NCBI GenBank assembly: GCA_040256005.1
Contig: JBDZWC010000011.1
Location: 1 to 40,141, forward strand
Reading direction: 5' to 3'
Source of the DNA: Deinococcaceae bacterium
GTDB taxonomy: Bacteria > Deinococcota > Deinococci > Deinococcales > Trueperaceae
DNA length: 40,141 nucleotides
Part shown: positions 10,818 to 20,172 of the stretch, piece after piece
How the letters are laid out: each line of letters starts with the position of its first letter
Numbering within the stretch: position 1 is the stretch's first letter
The notes under the pieces: model-generated
What the model was told of the DNA's origin: nothing
Seen by the model: the letters and a program-made list of their open reading frames with translations, nothing else
Database searches by the model: none
Program-made: the position numbers and the translations under genes

Positions 10818-11028
10818 CCCGTGGAGTCTAACGCCTTCAGGCGGGCGCCTTCGCGGCCCTGAGGCACAGGCCGCCCGATGATATCGTTGCCCCATCTGAG
10901 GCCGACCCCGTGGCGACGTCAGCGCTCCCCGGCGCGAGCTTTAGCCCGGGGTCCAGGTGGTACCTCACCGCACTTCGCTACTCGCGGGCCGGGCGGCGCC
11001 TGGGTAGCCACCGCCGGAGGCGCACGAT

Positions 11029-11766
11029 TTGCCTGTCTTCCAAGGGTTCCGGCTCCAAGACGCGCTGGACATCCTCATCATCTCGGTACTCCTCTACCAG
11101 GCCTACGCCCTGCTGGTCGGGTCGCGGGCGTGGAACGTGCTCAGGGGCCTCATCGGTCTGGCCGCCCTGTGGTTCCTGGCCGCGCAGTTCAACATGGAGG
11201 CCACCGAGTGGCTCTTCGACGCCGTCGCTCCGGTGGGCTTCATCGCCCTGGTGGTGGTGTTCCAGCCCGAGCTGAGGGCCGTGCTCGAGAGGTTCGGCCG
11301 CGGGCGCTTCCGCTCGGCGATCAGGGGCGACCCGGTGCAGGAGATCATGAGCGCCGTCAGGGAGCTGGCGACCCAGCGGCGCGGCGCCCTGATCGCCATC
11401 GAGCAGCGCACGCCCCTCAAGGAGTACAGCGAGACGGGCACGCCCATCGGCGCCCCGGTGACGGCGGCGCTGCTGCAGACGATCTTCGCGTCGAAGGGGC
11501 CGCTCCACGACGGCGGGGTCGTCATCAAGGAAGACCTCGTCTCCCACGCTGGCGCCATCTTCCCGCTCTCGGACAGGCATGACGGCTGGTCGCTGAAGCA
11601 CGGCACCAGGCACAGGGCAGCGCTGGGCCTGAGCGAGGTCACAGACGCGATCGTGATCGTGGTCAGCGAAGAGCGCGGCACCGTCAGCGTCGCCAGGGGC
11701 GGCGTGCTGAACACCGACATCGCGCCCGCGGAGGTCCTCTCGACGCTACAGGAGGCTTACGCGTGA
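11029..11766 (+). CDS. cdaA: Diadenylate cyclase (c-di-AMP synthase), membrane CdaA/DacA type
   Basis: Three N-terminal TM helices, VVVFQPELR, GALIAIE, PLHDGG, GTRHRAALG, VVSEE.G; GGAGG SD before TTG. Confidence 0.93.
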   Translation: MPVFQGFRLQDALDILIISVLLYQAYALLVGSRAWNVLRGLIGLAALWFLAAQFNMEATEWLFDAVAPVGFIALVVVFQPELRAVLERFGRGRFRSAIRGDPVQEIMSAVRELATQRRGALIAIEQRTPLKEYSETGTPIGAPVTAALLQTIFASKGPLHDGGVVIKEDLVSHAGAIFPLSDRHDGWSLKHGTRHRAALGLSEVTDAIVIVVSEERGTVSVARGGVLNTDIAPAEVLSTLQEAYA

Positions 11767-11800
11767 TCGCCCCGTCCCGCGTGGCTTCGGCGGCAGGCCT

Positions 11801-12730
11801 GTGACCGGTCTGGCCGCCACGCTCAGCGTGCTGCTGGCGCGCCTGGCTCGCAACTGGGTGCCCAAGCTCATCTCGGTCGTCATCGCCTTCCTGATCTGGC
11901 TCTTCGTCACGAACTCCAGCGCGACGCTCACGCAGCGGAGCCTGATCGTGCCCCTGCAGGTCGACGGCGTGGCCGAGGACCTGGTGCCGGTGGGCCTACC
12001 CAGCTCGGTGGCGGTGTCCGTCAGCGGCCCCAGCCTCAGGGTGGACAGGCTGACGCCCGACATGATCAGGGCATCGCTCGACCTCACGGCCGTGAACGGC
12101 GAGTTCGAGAGGCCCATCGTGGTGCAGTCGCCCCAGGAGGTGCGTGTGCTGCGGGTCGAGCCGGCCGAGGTGATCGGCTTCGTGGAGGCGATCACCAGCT
12201 CGACCATGGCGGTGACGGCGTCACTCACCGGTCAGCCACCGGGCGACGCGATCGTGCAGGCGACGGTCGAACCGGGCTCGGTGACCCTCACGGGCCGCAG
12301 CCAGGTACTCGACCGCGTCTCCAGGGTCCTGGCGGTGGCGCCGGTCGTCGGCGGCGGCGTCGCCAGGCTCGTCGCGCTCGACGACGAGGGGACGCCCGTC
12401 CCCGACGTCGAGTTCTCACCCGCCACGGTCACGGTCTCTGTCGGCTCGCGGCCAGCCCTGGTCACCAAGGAGGTCCAGATCGACCTGGAGCCCCCGCAGA
12501 GCGAGAACCTCGTGGACGTGACCCTCTCCTCACAGACCGTCACCGTGGCGGGTCCGCCGGACGTCCTGCAGGACCTGACGAGCGTCTCAGGCGCCGTAGA
12601 CGCGCCTACCGGGGCTGTCGACGCCGGCCGGTATACTCTCCGGGTCCGTCTGGCCCTGCCGGACGGCGTCGCAGCCATGACCGCGCCCACGGCCACGCTG
12701 CTCTACGTACGCGTCCCCATGCAGCCGTAG
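11801..12730 (+). CDS. cdaR: YbbR-domain regulator of CdaA
   Basis: NWVPKLISVVIAFLIWLFV anchor followed by repeated V.V.G beta-rich YbbR-like units; directly downstream of cdaA. Confidence 0.85.
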   Translation: MTGLAATLSVLLARLARNWVPKLISVVIAFLIWLFVTNSSATLTQRSLIVPLQVDGVAEDLVPVGLPSSVAVSVSGPSLRVDRLTPDMIRASLDLTAVNGEFERPIVVQSPQEVRVLRVEPAEVIGFVEAITSSTMAVTASLTGQPPGDAIVQATVEPGSVTLTGRSQVLDRVSRVLAVAPVVGGGVARLVALDDEGTPVPDVEFSPATVTVSVGSRPALVTKEVQIDLEPPQSENLVDVTLSSQTVTVAGPPDVLQDLTSVSGAVDAPTGAVDAGRYTLRVRLALPDGVAAMTAPTATLLYVRVPMQP

Positions 12731-12750
12731 GCGTCGACGAAAGGAAACAC

Positions 12751-13416
12751 TTGATCCACCCCATCGTGCTGTACGGCGACCCGGTGCTGAGGCGCAGGGC
12801 GAGCCCGGTGACCGAGTTCGGTCCCAAGCTCGAGCGCCTGGCCGAGGACATGATAGAGACGATGTACGCGGCCGACGGGGTTGGCCTGGCCGCTCCTCAG
12901 ATCGGCTTGCCATGGCGCCTGTTCGTCGCGCTCGAGATCGGACCGCAGGGCGACGAGGAGGCCCGCGAGGGCCAGGTCATGGACGACGACGACGAAGAGG
13001 GCCAACTGACTCAGGAGCAGAAGCGTCGCACGTGGGGCGTCGTGGCCGAGCATGTCATCGTCAACCCGACGATCGCGCTCTCCAAGGAGCAGCAGTTCGG
13101 ACGCGACGGCTGCCTGAGCCTCCCAGGCCTGTCGGTGGAAGACGTCCCGCGGGCGCTGCGGGCGGTCCTCGACTACCAGGACGTGCACGGCGAGCGGCGT
13201 CGGCTCGAGGCGGAGGGCTACTTCGCGCACGTGCTACAGCACGAGTTCGACCACTTGGAAGGCGTCCTGTTCTTCGACCACCTGCCGGCCGACCGGCGCG
13301 AACGCTTCCTGGAGGAGAACCGCACGACGCTGGCCGCGTGGCAGCGCGAGGCGCGCGCCGCCGCGAAGGAGCGCTCCGCCGGCAAGGCCCCGCGCCCAGC
13401 CCCGAGCCGAGGCTGA
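12751..13416 (+). CDS. def: Peptide deformylase
   Basis: GVGLAAPQIG, (D)GCLS, QHEFDHLEG; AAAGGA SD. Confidence 0.95.
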   Translation: MIHPIVLYGDPVLRRRASPVTEFGPKLERLAEDMIETMYAADGVGLAAPQIGLPWRLFVALEIGPQGDEEAREGQVMDDDDEEGQLTQEQKRRTWGVVAEHVIVNPTIALSKEQQFGRDGCLSLPGLSVEDVPRALRAVLDYQDVHGERRRLEAEGYFAHVLQHEFDHLEGVLFFDHLPADRRERFLEENRTTLAAWQREARAAAKERSAGKAPRPAPSRG

Positions 13417-13419
13417 GGG

Positions 13420-14364
13420 TTGAGGCCTCTAAAGGTCGTCTTCTTCGGCTCACCCGACTTCGCTCTTCCCACCCTCGAGGCGCTCATGGCCCGCCACGAG
13501 GTCGTCATGGTCGTCGCCCAGCCCGACAAGCCGGCCGGGCGGGGCATGCGGGTTACGGCGCCGCCCGTCGCCCGGCTCGCCCGCGAGTCCGGGCTCGAGC
13601 TGTGGCAGCCCACGCGGCTCCGGTCGGACGAGGCGTTCCTGTCCCGGCTCGCCGAGGTGGACGCCGACGTGGGGGTCACCGCTGCCTACGGCCGGATCCT
13701 GCCGCCGCGGGTGCTCTCGGCGCCCCGCCACGGCGTCCTCAACGTCCACGCCAGCCTCCTCCCCAGGTACCGCGGTGCGGCGCCCATACAGTGGGCCCTC
13801 ATCCGCGGCGAAGGCGAGACCGGGGTGACGATCATGCAGACCGAGGAGGGCCTGGACACCGGGCCGATCAGGTTGCAGCGCCGCGTCGCTGTCGAGGAGG
13901 GCGAGGACGCCGTCGCGCTGTCCGCGCGGCTCGCGCGACTGGGAGCCGAGGCGCTAGTCGAGGCGCTCGACCTGCTCGCGGAAGGCACCCTGCCTCTCAC
14001 GCCGCAGGACGACAGCCTGGCGACGCACGCGCCACCGCTGGAACCTGAGGATGGGCACGTCCGCTGGCACGAGAGCGCGCGGGCTGTCCACGACAGGTTC
14101 CGGGGGGTGAGCGCGTGGCCGGGCACCTCCTTCCGTTACGGGGACGAGCGCGTCAAGGTCACGGCCATGTCCCCAGACCCCGGCCTCGATACCGGCGAGG
14201 CTCAGCCCGGCACGGTCCTCGCAGCCGGCGCCGGCGGGGTGGTGGTCGCCACGGGCTCGGGGGCGGTGAGCCTCGCGAGCGTGAAGCCGCCGGGTGGGCG
14301 CGTGATGCCGGCGCGCGACTGGGCCAACGGCCGCGGCGTGACGGTGGGGACGCGCCTTGGCTAG
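13420..14364 (+). CDS. fmt: Methionyl-tRNA formyltransferase
   Basis: FFGSPDFA, QPDKPAGRG, NVHASLLPRYRGAAPIQ, GLDTG; follows def. Confidence 0.96.
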   Translation: MRPLKVVFFGSPDFALPTLEALMARHEVVMVVAQPDKPAGRGMRVTAPPVARLARESGLELWQPTRLRSDEAFLSRLAEVDADVGVTAAYGRILPPRVLSAPRHGVLNVHASLLPRYRGAAPIQWALIRGEGETGVTIMQTEEGLDTGPIRLQRRVAVEEGEDAVALSARLARLGAEALVEALDLLAEGTLPLTPQDDSLATHAPPLEPEDGHVRWHESARAVHDRFRGVSAWPGTSFRYGDERVKVTAMSPDPGLDTGEAQPGTVLAAGAGGVVVATGSGAVSLASVKPPGGRVMPARDWANGRGVTVGTRLG

Positions 14365-15673
14365 GGTCGCGATCGTCGGCCGGCCCAACGTGGGCAAGTC
14401 GAGCCTGTTCAACCGCCTGGTGGGCTCCAAGGACGCGATCGTCGCCGACCAACCCGGCATCACGAGGGACGTGAAGGAGGGCGTCGTCGTGACGGACGAC
14501 GGGCGGGCGTTCACTCTGCTGGACACCGGCGGCCTGTGGTCGGGCGACAGGTGGGAGCGGCCCATCCAGCAACGCGTCGACGCCGCCGCGGCGGACGCCG
14601 ACCTCGTGCTCTTCTGCGTGGACGGCCGCTCGGGTCTCACGGCCGGCGACGAACAGGTGGCCCAGTGGCTCCGGCAGCTGGACAAGCCCGTCATCCTCGT
14701 GGCGACCAAGGTCGACGACCCTCGCCACGAGGAGGCGGCGGAGTTCTTCGAGCTCTTCGGGCTAGGGTTCGGGGAGCCCGTGCCCACTGCCGCCGAGCAC
14801 GCGCGCGGCACCTACGAGCTCATCGAGTCGATCGCCGAGCGCTTGCCACCCGAGTCCGAGGAGCCAGAGGAGGAGCCCGTCAGGGTGGCGATAATCGGCC
14901 GGCCCAACGTGGGCAAGTCGAGCCTGCTCAACGCGCTGGTGGGGGACGAGCGGGTGATCGTGTCCGACGAGCCGGGCACGACCCGCGACGCCGTGGACGT
15001 AGCGTTCACGTTCGCTGGGCGCCCGTTCGTCCTGGTGGACACCGCCGGCATGCGCCGCAAGGACGCTGACGACCTCGAGTACTACATGCGCATCCGCTCC
15101 GAGGCGGCGCTCAGGCGCTCGGACGTCGGCATCCTGGTCGTCGACCCGTTCGAGCTGGGGGACCACGAGCTGCGCCTGACGAACCTCGCGCTGGACTGGG
15201 GCAAGCCCGTAGTCATCGCGATCAACAAGTGGGACCTCGTGACGGACGAGCAGCTCGAGCCGTTCAGGGCGATGCTGGACGAGAAGCTGGCGCCCGTGTC
15301 CTTCGCGCCGCGGGTCTACACGAGCGCCGAGACCGACTTCGGCCTCCACGAGCTGCTGGCCACTGCGATCAGGCTCTACGACACGGCCAGACGGCGCGTG
15401 GCTACGGGTGAGCTGAACGCCTGGCTGGAGGCATGGACCCTCAAGCAGGCGCCGCCCAACTTCAAGGGCCGGCCGCTCAAGCTCCTCTACGCCTCACAGG
15501 TGGACGTGGCGCCGCCCACCTTCGTCTTCTCGATCAACCACGAGGAGTTCCTGACTCGGCCGTACGAGCACTACCTCAGGAACCGGATCCGCGAGGACCT
15601 GGGCTTCGCCGAGGTGCCGTTCCGCCTCGTCTTCAAGGAGAGGGGCGGCTCGGGCAAGCGCGTGAGGACCTGA
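14357..15673 (+). CDS. der: Ribosome biogenesis GTPase Der (EngA)
   Basis: Two GRPNVGKSS P-loops, DTGG/DTAG, TKVD/NKWD, C-terminal KH-like domain. Confidence 0.97.
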   Translation: MARVAIVGRPNVGKSSLFNRLVGSKDAIVADQPGITRDVKEGVVVTDDGRAFTLLDTGGLWSGDRWERPIQQRVDAAAADADLVLFCVDGRSGLTAGDEQVAQWLRQLDKPVILVATKVDDPRHEEAAEFFELFGLGFGEPVPTAAEHARGTYELIESIAERLPPESEEPEEEPVRVAIIGRPNVGKSSLLNALVGDERVIVSDEPGTTRDAVDVAFTFAGRPFVLVDTAGMRRKDADDLEYYMRIRSEAALRRSDVGILVVDPFELGDHELRLTNLALDWGKPVVIAINKWDLVTDEQLEPFRAMLDEKLAPVSFAPRVYTSAETDFGLHELLATAIRLYDTARRRVATGELNAWLEAWTLKQAPPNFKGRPLKLLYASQVDVAPPTFVFSINHEEFLTRPYEHYLRNRIREDLGFAEVPFRLVFKERGGSGKRVRT

Positions 15674-15712
15674 AGCGGGCGGTCGGGCCGCCTGTTCAGC
15701 GCGCGGGGCCGC

Positions 15713-15988
15713 CTAGTCCAGCGACACGCTCAGGGTGACCTTGAGGTTGTCGCGCCGGGTGGCGCCGTCGACGCTGGCGAGTCGGAAGCTCCCGAGACCC
15801 ACTGCGGTCACCTCCTGGCCCTCCTCCACGGTCGCCGCCTTGCCCGCCTTGACGCCGCCGATGAGCACGTTGCCGGCGGCGACGCCCTTGGCGAAGTACG
15901 CGCGCGACACCTTGAAGGCCCGGGCGCCGAGCACGTCCACGCGCAGCGACGGCACGACCGCAGCGAGCGTTCGAAGCTCGCCTCCCAC
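15713..15988 (-). CDS. Small stand-alone S4-like RNA-binding protein (resembles YlmH C-terminus)
   Basis: VPSLRVD..GA.AF.VSR.....V..G.V...G, G.G.F, T+RD. Confidence 0.75.
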   Translation of the reverse strand: MGGELRTLAAVVPSLRVDVLGARAFKVSRAYFAKGVAAGNVLIGGVKAGKAATVEEGQEVTAVGLGSFRLASVDGATRRDNLKVTLSVSLD

Positions 15989-15994
15989 CTTGGA

Positions 15995-16624
15995 CTAGCG
16001 CTCGTCCACGACGTCGACGCCGCTGTCCCTAAGGCGCTGGGCGTAGCCGTCCGCGCCGTCGCCCGTGACCCGTAGCACCAGCCGTCTGCGGTGCCCGGCC
16101 TGGATGCCCGTGGTGACCGCGGCGACGATGTTCGACGGTGGCCCCGCCTGGGCTACCTTGGCCAGCACGCCGGGCTCGTCAGGCAGGTCGACGGTCACGC
16201 GCTTCCCACCCTCGCGCAAGGCGAGGAACGCCACCAACGCGCGCATCAGGTCCGTGATGGTCAGGATGCCCACCAGATCGCCGCCGTCCAGGACCGGTAG
16301 GCCCGACACCCTGTGCTCCTCCATGAGGAGGGCGGCCTGCTCGATCGTGTCCGAGCTGCGCACCGTGATCACGGGGGTCCGCATGACGTCCTTGACCTTC
16401 AGCTTCGAGAGGAGGTAGTTGAGCTCGTAGATCGACAGCGTCGTGGCCCGTGACGGGGTGGCCTCCTTGAGGTCCCTGTCCGTGACGATCCCGACGAGGA
16501 CGCCATCGCGCGTGACCGGGAGGCGGCGGTAGCCACCCTCGCGGAGGTACTGCATGGCCTCCATGACCGGAGTGTCCGGCGAGACCGTCCTTGGCCCTGC
16601 GGTCATCCACTCGCTGACAAGCAT
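15995..16624 (-). CDS. CBS-pair + ACT-like domain protein (AcuB-like)
   Basis: Two CBS repeats (MLVSEWMT...LVGIVTDRDL; VKDVM...LVGILTITDL) then DLPDEPGVLAKV; AGGAGG SD before ATG 16624. Confidence 0.9.
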   Translation of the reverse strand: MLVSEWMTAGPRTVSPDTPVMEAMQYLREGGYRRLPVTRDGVLVGIVTDRDLKEATPSRATTLSIYELNYLLSKLKVKDVMRTPVITVRSSDTIEQAALLMEEHRVSGLPVLDGGDLVGILTITDLMRALVAFLALREGGKRVTVDLPDEPGVLAKVAQAGPPSNIVAAVTTGIQAGHRRRLVLRVTGDGADGYAQRLRDSGVDVVDER

Positions 16625-16718
16625 CTGTGCCTCCTGATCGTGACCGGATGGTACCACCGGTGGCCGCGGCTTCCCGGGACGGCAGTCCCCGCGATACCGC
16701 CCGTGACATGATTCCCAC

Positions 16719-17867
16719 GTGGGCACCATCGCGGTACTGGGCTCCACCGGGTCGGTCGGCACTCAGACGCTGGAGGTCGCGCGTCACCTGAGCCTTGACG
16801 TCGTGGGCCTCGCCGCGGGACGGAACGCGGACCTGCTCATCGCCCAGGCCGCCGAGTTCCGGCCCCGGTTGGTCAGTTGCGCGTCCGAGGTCGCCGCCAC
16901 GGTCAGGCCACACCTGCCGGCCGGCACGCGCCTGGTATCCGGGCCCGAGGGGGCCGAGGCGGTGGCGACGCTCGAGGTGGACACCGTCGTCGCGGCCATC
17001 ACGGGTATGGCGGGACTCAGGCCCACCGCGGCGGCGCTGGCAGCGGGACGTCATGTGGCGCTGGCCAACAAGGAGGCCATGGTGGTCGCCGGCCCGCTCA
17101 TGCGCGAGCTGGCTACGCGCCACGGAGCGGTCATCACGCCCGTTGACTCCGAGCACTCGGCCCTCCACCAGTGCCTGCTGGCTGAGCCGCGCGCCGAGGT
17201 CGCCGCCCTCGTGTTGACGGCATCGGGAGGGCCGTTCCGGACGGGCCCTACCGACCTGAGCAGCGTCACGCCCGAGCAGGCGTTGAAGCACCCGAACTGG
17301 TCCATGGGTCCCAAGGTCACCATCGACTCGGCGACGCTCTTCAACAAGGGTCTGGAGGTCCTCGAGGCGCACTTCCTCTTCGACGTCCCGCTGAGCGACA
17401 TCGAGATCGTCGTGCACCCGCAGTCGCTGGTGCACGGCATGGTGCGGTTCACCGACGGCAACGTCAAGGCGCTCCTCGGCCCGGCCGACATGCGCCTGCC
17501 CATCAGGTACGCGCTGGCCGGCCGCGGCGAGACGCCGGGCGCGGCCCCCCTGCCGCTGCACGGCGAGTGGACGTTCGAACCGCCCGACCACGGCCGGTTC
17601 CCGAGCCTGAGGCTCGCCTACCTGGCGGGTGAGATGGGGGGCCTGGCCCCCACCTACCTCAACGCAGCCGACGAGGTCGCCGTCGAGGCGTTCCTCGCGC
17701 GCCGCCTGCCGTTCAGCGCGATCGCTGAGGTGCTGCGCGGCACGCTCGAGGCGGCGAGGCCGGGCACACTCGGCTGGGACGGCCTCTTCGCAGCGGACGA
17801 GCGCGCCAGGGCACTGGCCGAGGAGATGGTCGACCGCCTGGCTCGCGCTCACGCCGGGAGCGCCTGA
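16719..17867 (+). CDS. dxr: 1-deoxy-D-xylulose-5-phosphate reductoisomerase
   Basis: LGSTGSVG, LANKE, PVDSEHSA, TASGGPF, HPNWSMG.K.TIDSA, NKGLE, NAADE. Confidence 0.97.
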   Translation: MGTIAVLGSTGSVGTQTLEVARHLSLDVVGLAAGRNADLLIAQAAEFRPRLVSCASEVAATVRPHLPAGTRLVSGPEGAEAVATLEVDTVVAAITGMAGLRPTAAALAAGRHVALANKEAMVVAGPLMRELATRHGAVITPVDSEHSALHQCLLAEPRAEVAALVLTASGGPFRTGPTDLSSVTPEQALKHPNWSMGPKVTIDSATLFNKGLEVLEAHFLFDVPLSDIEIVVHPQSLVHGMVRFTDGNVKALLGPADMRLPIRYALAGRGETPGAAPLPLHGEWTFEPPDHGRFPSLRLAYLAGEMGGLAPTYLNAADEVAVEAFLARRLPFSAIAEVLRGTLEAARPGTLGWDGLFAADERARALAEEMVDRLARAHAGSA

Positions 17868-17868
17868 G

Positions 17869-19032
17869 GTGGATGAGCCTCGGGACGAGCCGCGCCGCAT
17901 CGGCAGGGGCGGCATCCTCCTGCCGTTCAAGTTGCTCGGCATCCCGGTGCGCCTGGACGTGAGCTTCCTCCTGGTGCTGCCGCTGCTCGCGTACCTCATC
18001 GGCAGCCAGCTACCGGAGTTCAACGCCCAGCTCAGGGAGATGGCACGGGTGATGGACCCCGAGCTGGCACGGCGGCTCGATCCGGGCACGGCTGGCGGCG
18101 CCCCGGGCTGGTTGCTGGGGCTGGTGGCCGCCGTGGGCCTCTTCGCCAGCGTGGTGCTCCACGAGCTGGGTCACGCCGTGACGGCGCGTCTCTACGGCGT
18201 CCAGACCCTCGAGATCCGCCTCTGGTTCCTGGGCGGAGTGGCCCAGTTCAAGGACCTGCCGCGACGCCGGGGCGCCGAAGCGATCGTCGCCGTGGCCGGG
18301 CCCGTCACAAGCGTGCTGCTCGCGCTGTTCCTGTGGGCGCTGCTGCCGCGCGTCGCGCTCGGCGCCACGGCGACGACGATCATCGCCTACCTCGCCGCCA
18401 CGAACGCGATGTTGGCCGTGTTCAACCTGCTGCCGGCGATACCGCTGGACGGCGGGAGGGTCCTGCGCAGCCTGCTGGCGCTGTTCCTGCCCCGCCTGCG
18501 CGCGACACAGGTCGCCGTGGCTGTGAGCGCCGGCATCGCGGCCCTCCTCGGCTTCTACGGCGTGGTCTCTGGCCAGCTGTTCCTGATCCTCCTGGCGTTC
18601 TTCGTCTACGAGGCCGGCCGCTCGGAGGCGCAGGCCGCCGCGCTGGAGCACGCCCTCGCCGGTCAGACCGCCGAAGACCTCATGACGCCGGCGCCCCAGG
18701 CCGTGGACCCGGACATGACCCTGGGCCAGTTCGTGCGGCTGAGGCACTACGGCAGGCACGCGGGCTACCCCGTCGCCGACAACGCAGGGCGCCTCCTCGG
18801 CTTCGCGTTCATCGCCGACGCTGTGGCCGCCCTCGACGAGCAGCCGGAAGACGCCACCGTGAGGACGGTCCTGCGCGAAGCCGACGTGATCAGGCCCGGG
18901 GCCAGCGGCGTCGAGGTGCTCACCGCGTTGGCCAACAGCGAGCTAGGCCGTCTATGCGTCACGGACCCCACGGGCAGGCTCGTCGGCATCGTCGGCAAGA
19001 CCGACGTGATCGCCGCCCTGCGCCGGGGATGA
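17869..19032 (+). CDS. Site-2 (M50) intramembrane metalloprotease with C-terminal CBS pair
   Basis: HELGH, FNLLPAIPLDGGR, CBS repeats; start taken at GTG 17869, 1 nt after the dxr stop. Confidence 0.9.
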   Translation: MDEPRDEPRRIGRGGILLPFKLLGIPVRLDVSFLLVLPLLAYLIGSQLPEFNAQLREMARVMDPELARRLDPGTAGGAPGWLLGLVAAVGLFASVVLHELGHAVTARLYGVQTLEIRLWFLGGVAQFKDLPRRRGAEAIVAVAGPVTSVLLALFLWALLPRVALGATATTIIAYLAATNAMLAVFNLLPAIPLDGGRVLRSLLALFLPRLRATQVAVAVSAGIAALLGFYGVVSGQLFLILLAFFVYEAGRSEAQAAALEHALAGQTAEDLMTPAPQAVDPDMTLGQFVRLRHYGRHAGYPVADNAGRLLGFAFIADAVAALDEQPEDATVRTVLREADVIRPGASGVEVLTALANSELGRLCVTDPTGRLVGIVGKTDVIAALRRG

Positions 19033-19086
19033 CCGGCTGGGACCCCTAGGTCTGACATACTGCCTGGGGCGCCCGACGAGGCGCCC

Positions 19087-20172
19087 GTGACCCAGATGCT
19101 GACCGCACTCACCTTCGCCCTCATCCTGACCAGCGCCGTCGTGGTTCACGAGCTGGCGCACTACCTCAACGCCCGCTCCGTCGGCGTAGAGGTGAGGGCG
19201 TTCAGCGTGGGCATAGGGCCGGTGCTGGTGAGGCGCCGTTGGCGCGGCACCGAGTGGCGGCTGTCGCTGCTGCCGTTGGGCGGCTACGTGGACCTGCCCG
19301 GCATGGCGGCCAAGGTCGGCGCGGACGGCGAGCTCACCCACAGCGACGAGGGCATGGCACGGAAGGGCCTGGGGGCGAAGCTGTGGGTCCTGGTCGGCGG
19401 CGTCATAGCCAACTACGTGCTCGGGTCCATCCTGCTCGCCTGGGCGATCAGCCTGCAGCCGTCCTACCAGGAGATCGTCACGAACGCGCCGGTACCCGCC
19501 GAAGGATCCGTCGTCGAGCTGGTGACGACAGGGTCGGCGGCCGAATCGCTCGGCGTGCAGCAGGGCGACGTGATCGTCGCCATCAACGGCGTGCAGCGGC
19601 CCGGGCCTGACGCGGTAGTGGACCAGGTGCGTACGGCCGGTGCGCTCGAACTGACGCTCCAGCGCGGCGCGGAGACTCTTACCCTGAGCACCCCGTGGCC
19701 CCCGCCCGGCTCCCCCGACCCCCCGCTGCTGGGCGTACAGATCAGCGCCCTCGTCGAGCCGGTCGGCTTCCTCGAGATGCTCCCCCGCACCGCCGCCTTC
19801 GGCGTACGGGTCATCCCCCGCATGGTGAGCGGCTTCATCAGCGGCTTCGCCGCCGCACTCACCGGCGCGGACAACCAGGACGTGGCGGGCCCCATCGGGA
19901 TGGTCAGCATGGTCAACCAGGCGACCCAGGTGGGCCTGGCGCCGGTCGTGCTGCTGGCCGCGATCATCAACTTCTCGCTCGCCGTCTTCAACCTCCTACC
20001 CGTGCCGGGCCTCGACGGCGGCCGCATGCTGCTCTCCACCGTCGTCGCACTGCGCGGCCGGCCGTTCAGGCCCGGCCAGGAGGAGGCGCTGCACTTCATC
20101 GGCGTCATGGCGGTACTCGCGCTGATCGTGCTCATCACCTTCCGTGAGCTCGGAGCGCTTCTCACGGGCTGA
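19087..20172 (+). CDS. rseP: RseP-like M50 metalloprotease with PDZ domain
   Basis: HELAH, FSVGIGP, LPLGGYV, PDZ (GDVIVAING), GPIG, FNLLPVPGLDGG. Confidence 0.88.
   Translation: MTQMLTALTFALILTSAVVVHELAHYLNARSVGVEVRAFSVGIGPVLVRRRWRGTEWRLSLLPLGGYVDLPGMAAKVGADGELTHSDEGMARKGLGAKLWVLVGGVIANYVLGSILLAWAISLQPSYQEIVTNAPVPAEGSVVELVTTGSAAESLGVQQGDVIVAINGVQRPGPDAVVDQVRTAGALELTLQRGAETLTLSTPWPPPGSPDPPLLGVQISALVEPVGFLEMLPRTAAFGVRVIPRMVSGFISGFAAALTGADNQDVAGPIGMVSMVNQATQVGLAPVVLLAAIINFSLAVFNLLPVPGLDGGRMLLSTVVALRGRPFRPGQEEALHFIGVMAVLALIVLITFRELGALLTG

Noticed and set aside
10955..10966. GGTGGTACC resembling a T-box antiterminator motif upstream of cdaA
   Set aside because: No Stem I or terminator is visible, and cdaA is not an amino-acid gene. 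The same string appears as an extended -10 elsewhere (about 16647-16658, minus).
14376..14930. Near-identical repeat ATCG..GGCCGGCCCAACGTGGGCAAGTCGAGCCTG occurring twice
   Set aside because: It encodes the two P-loops of Der; not a mobile or CRISPR repeat.
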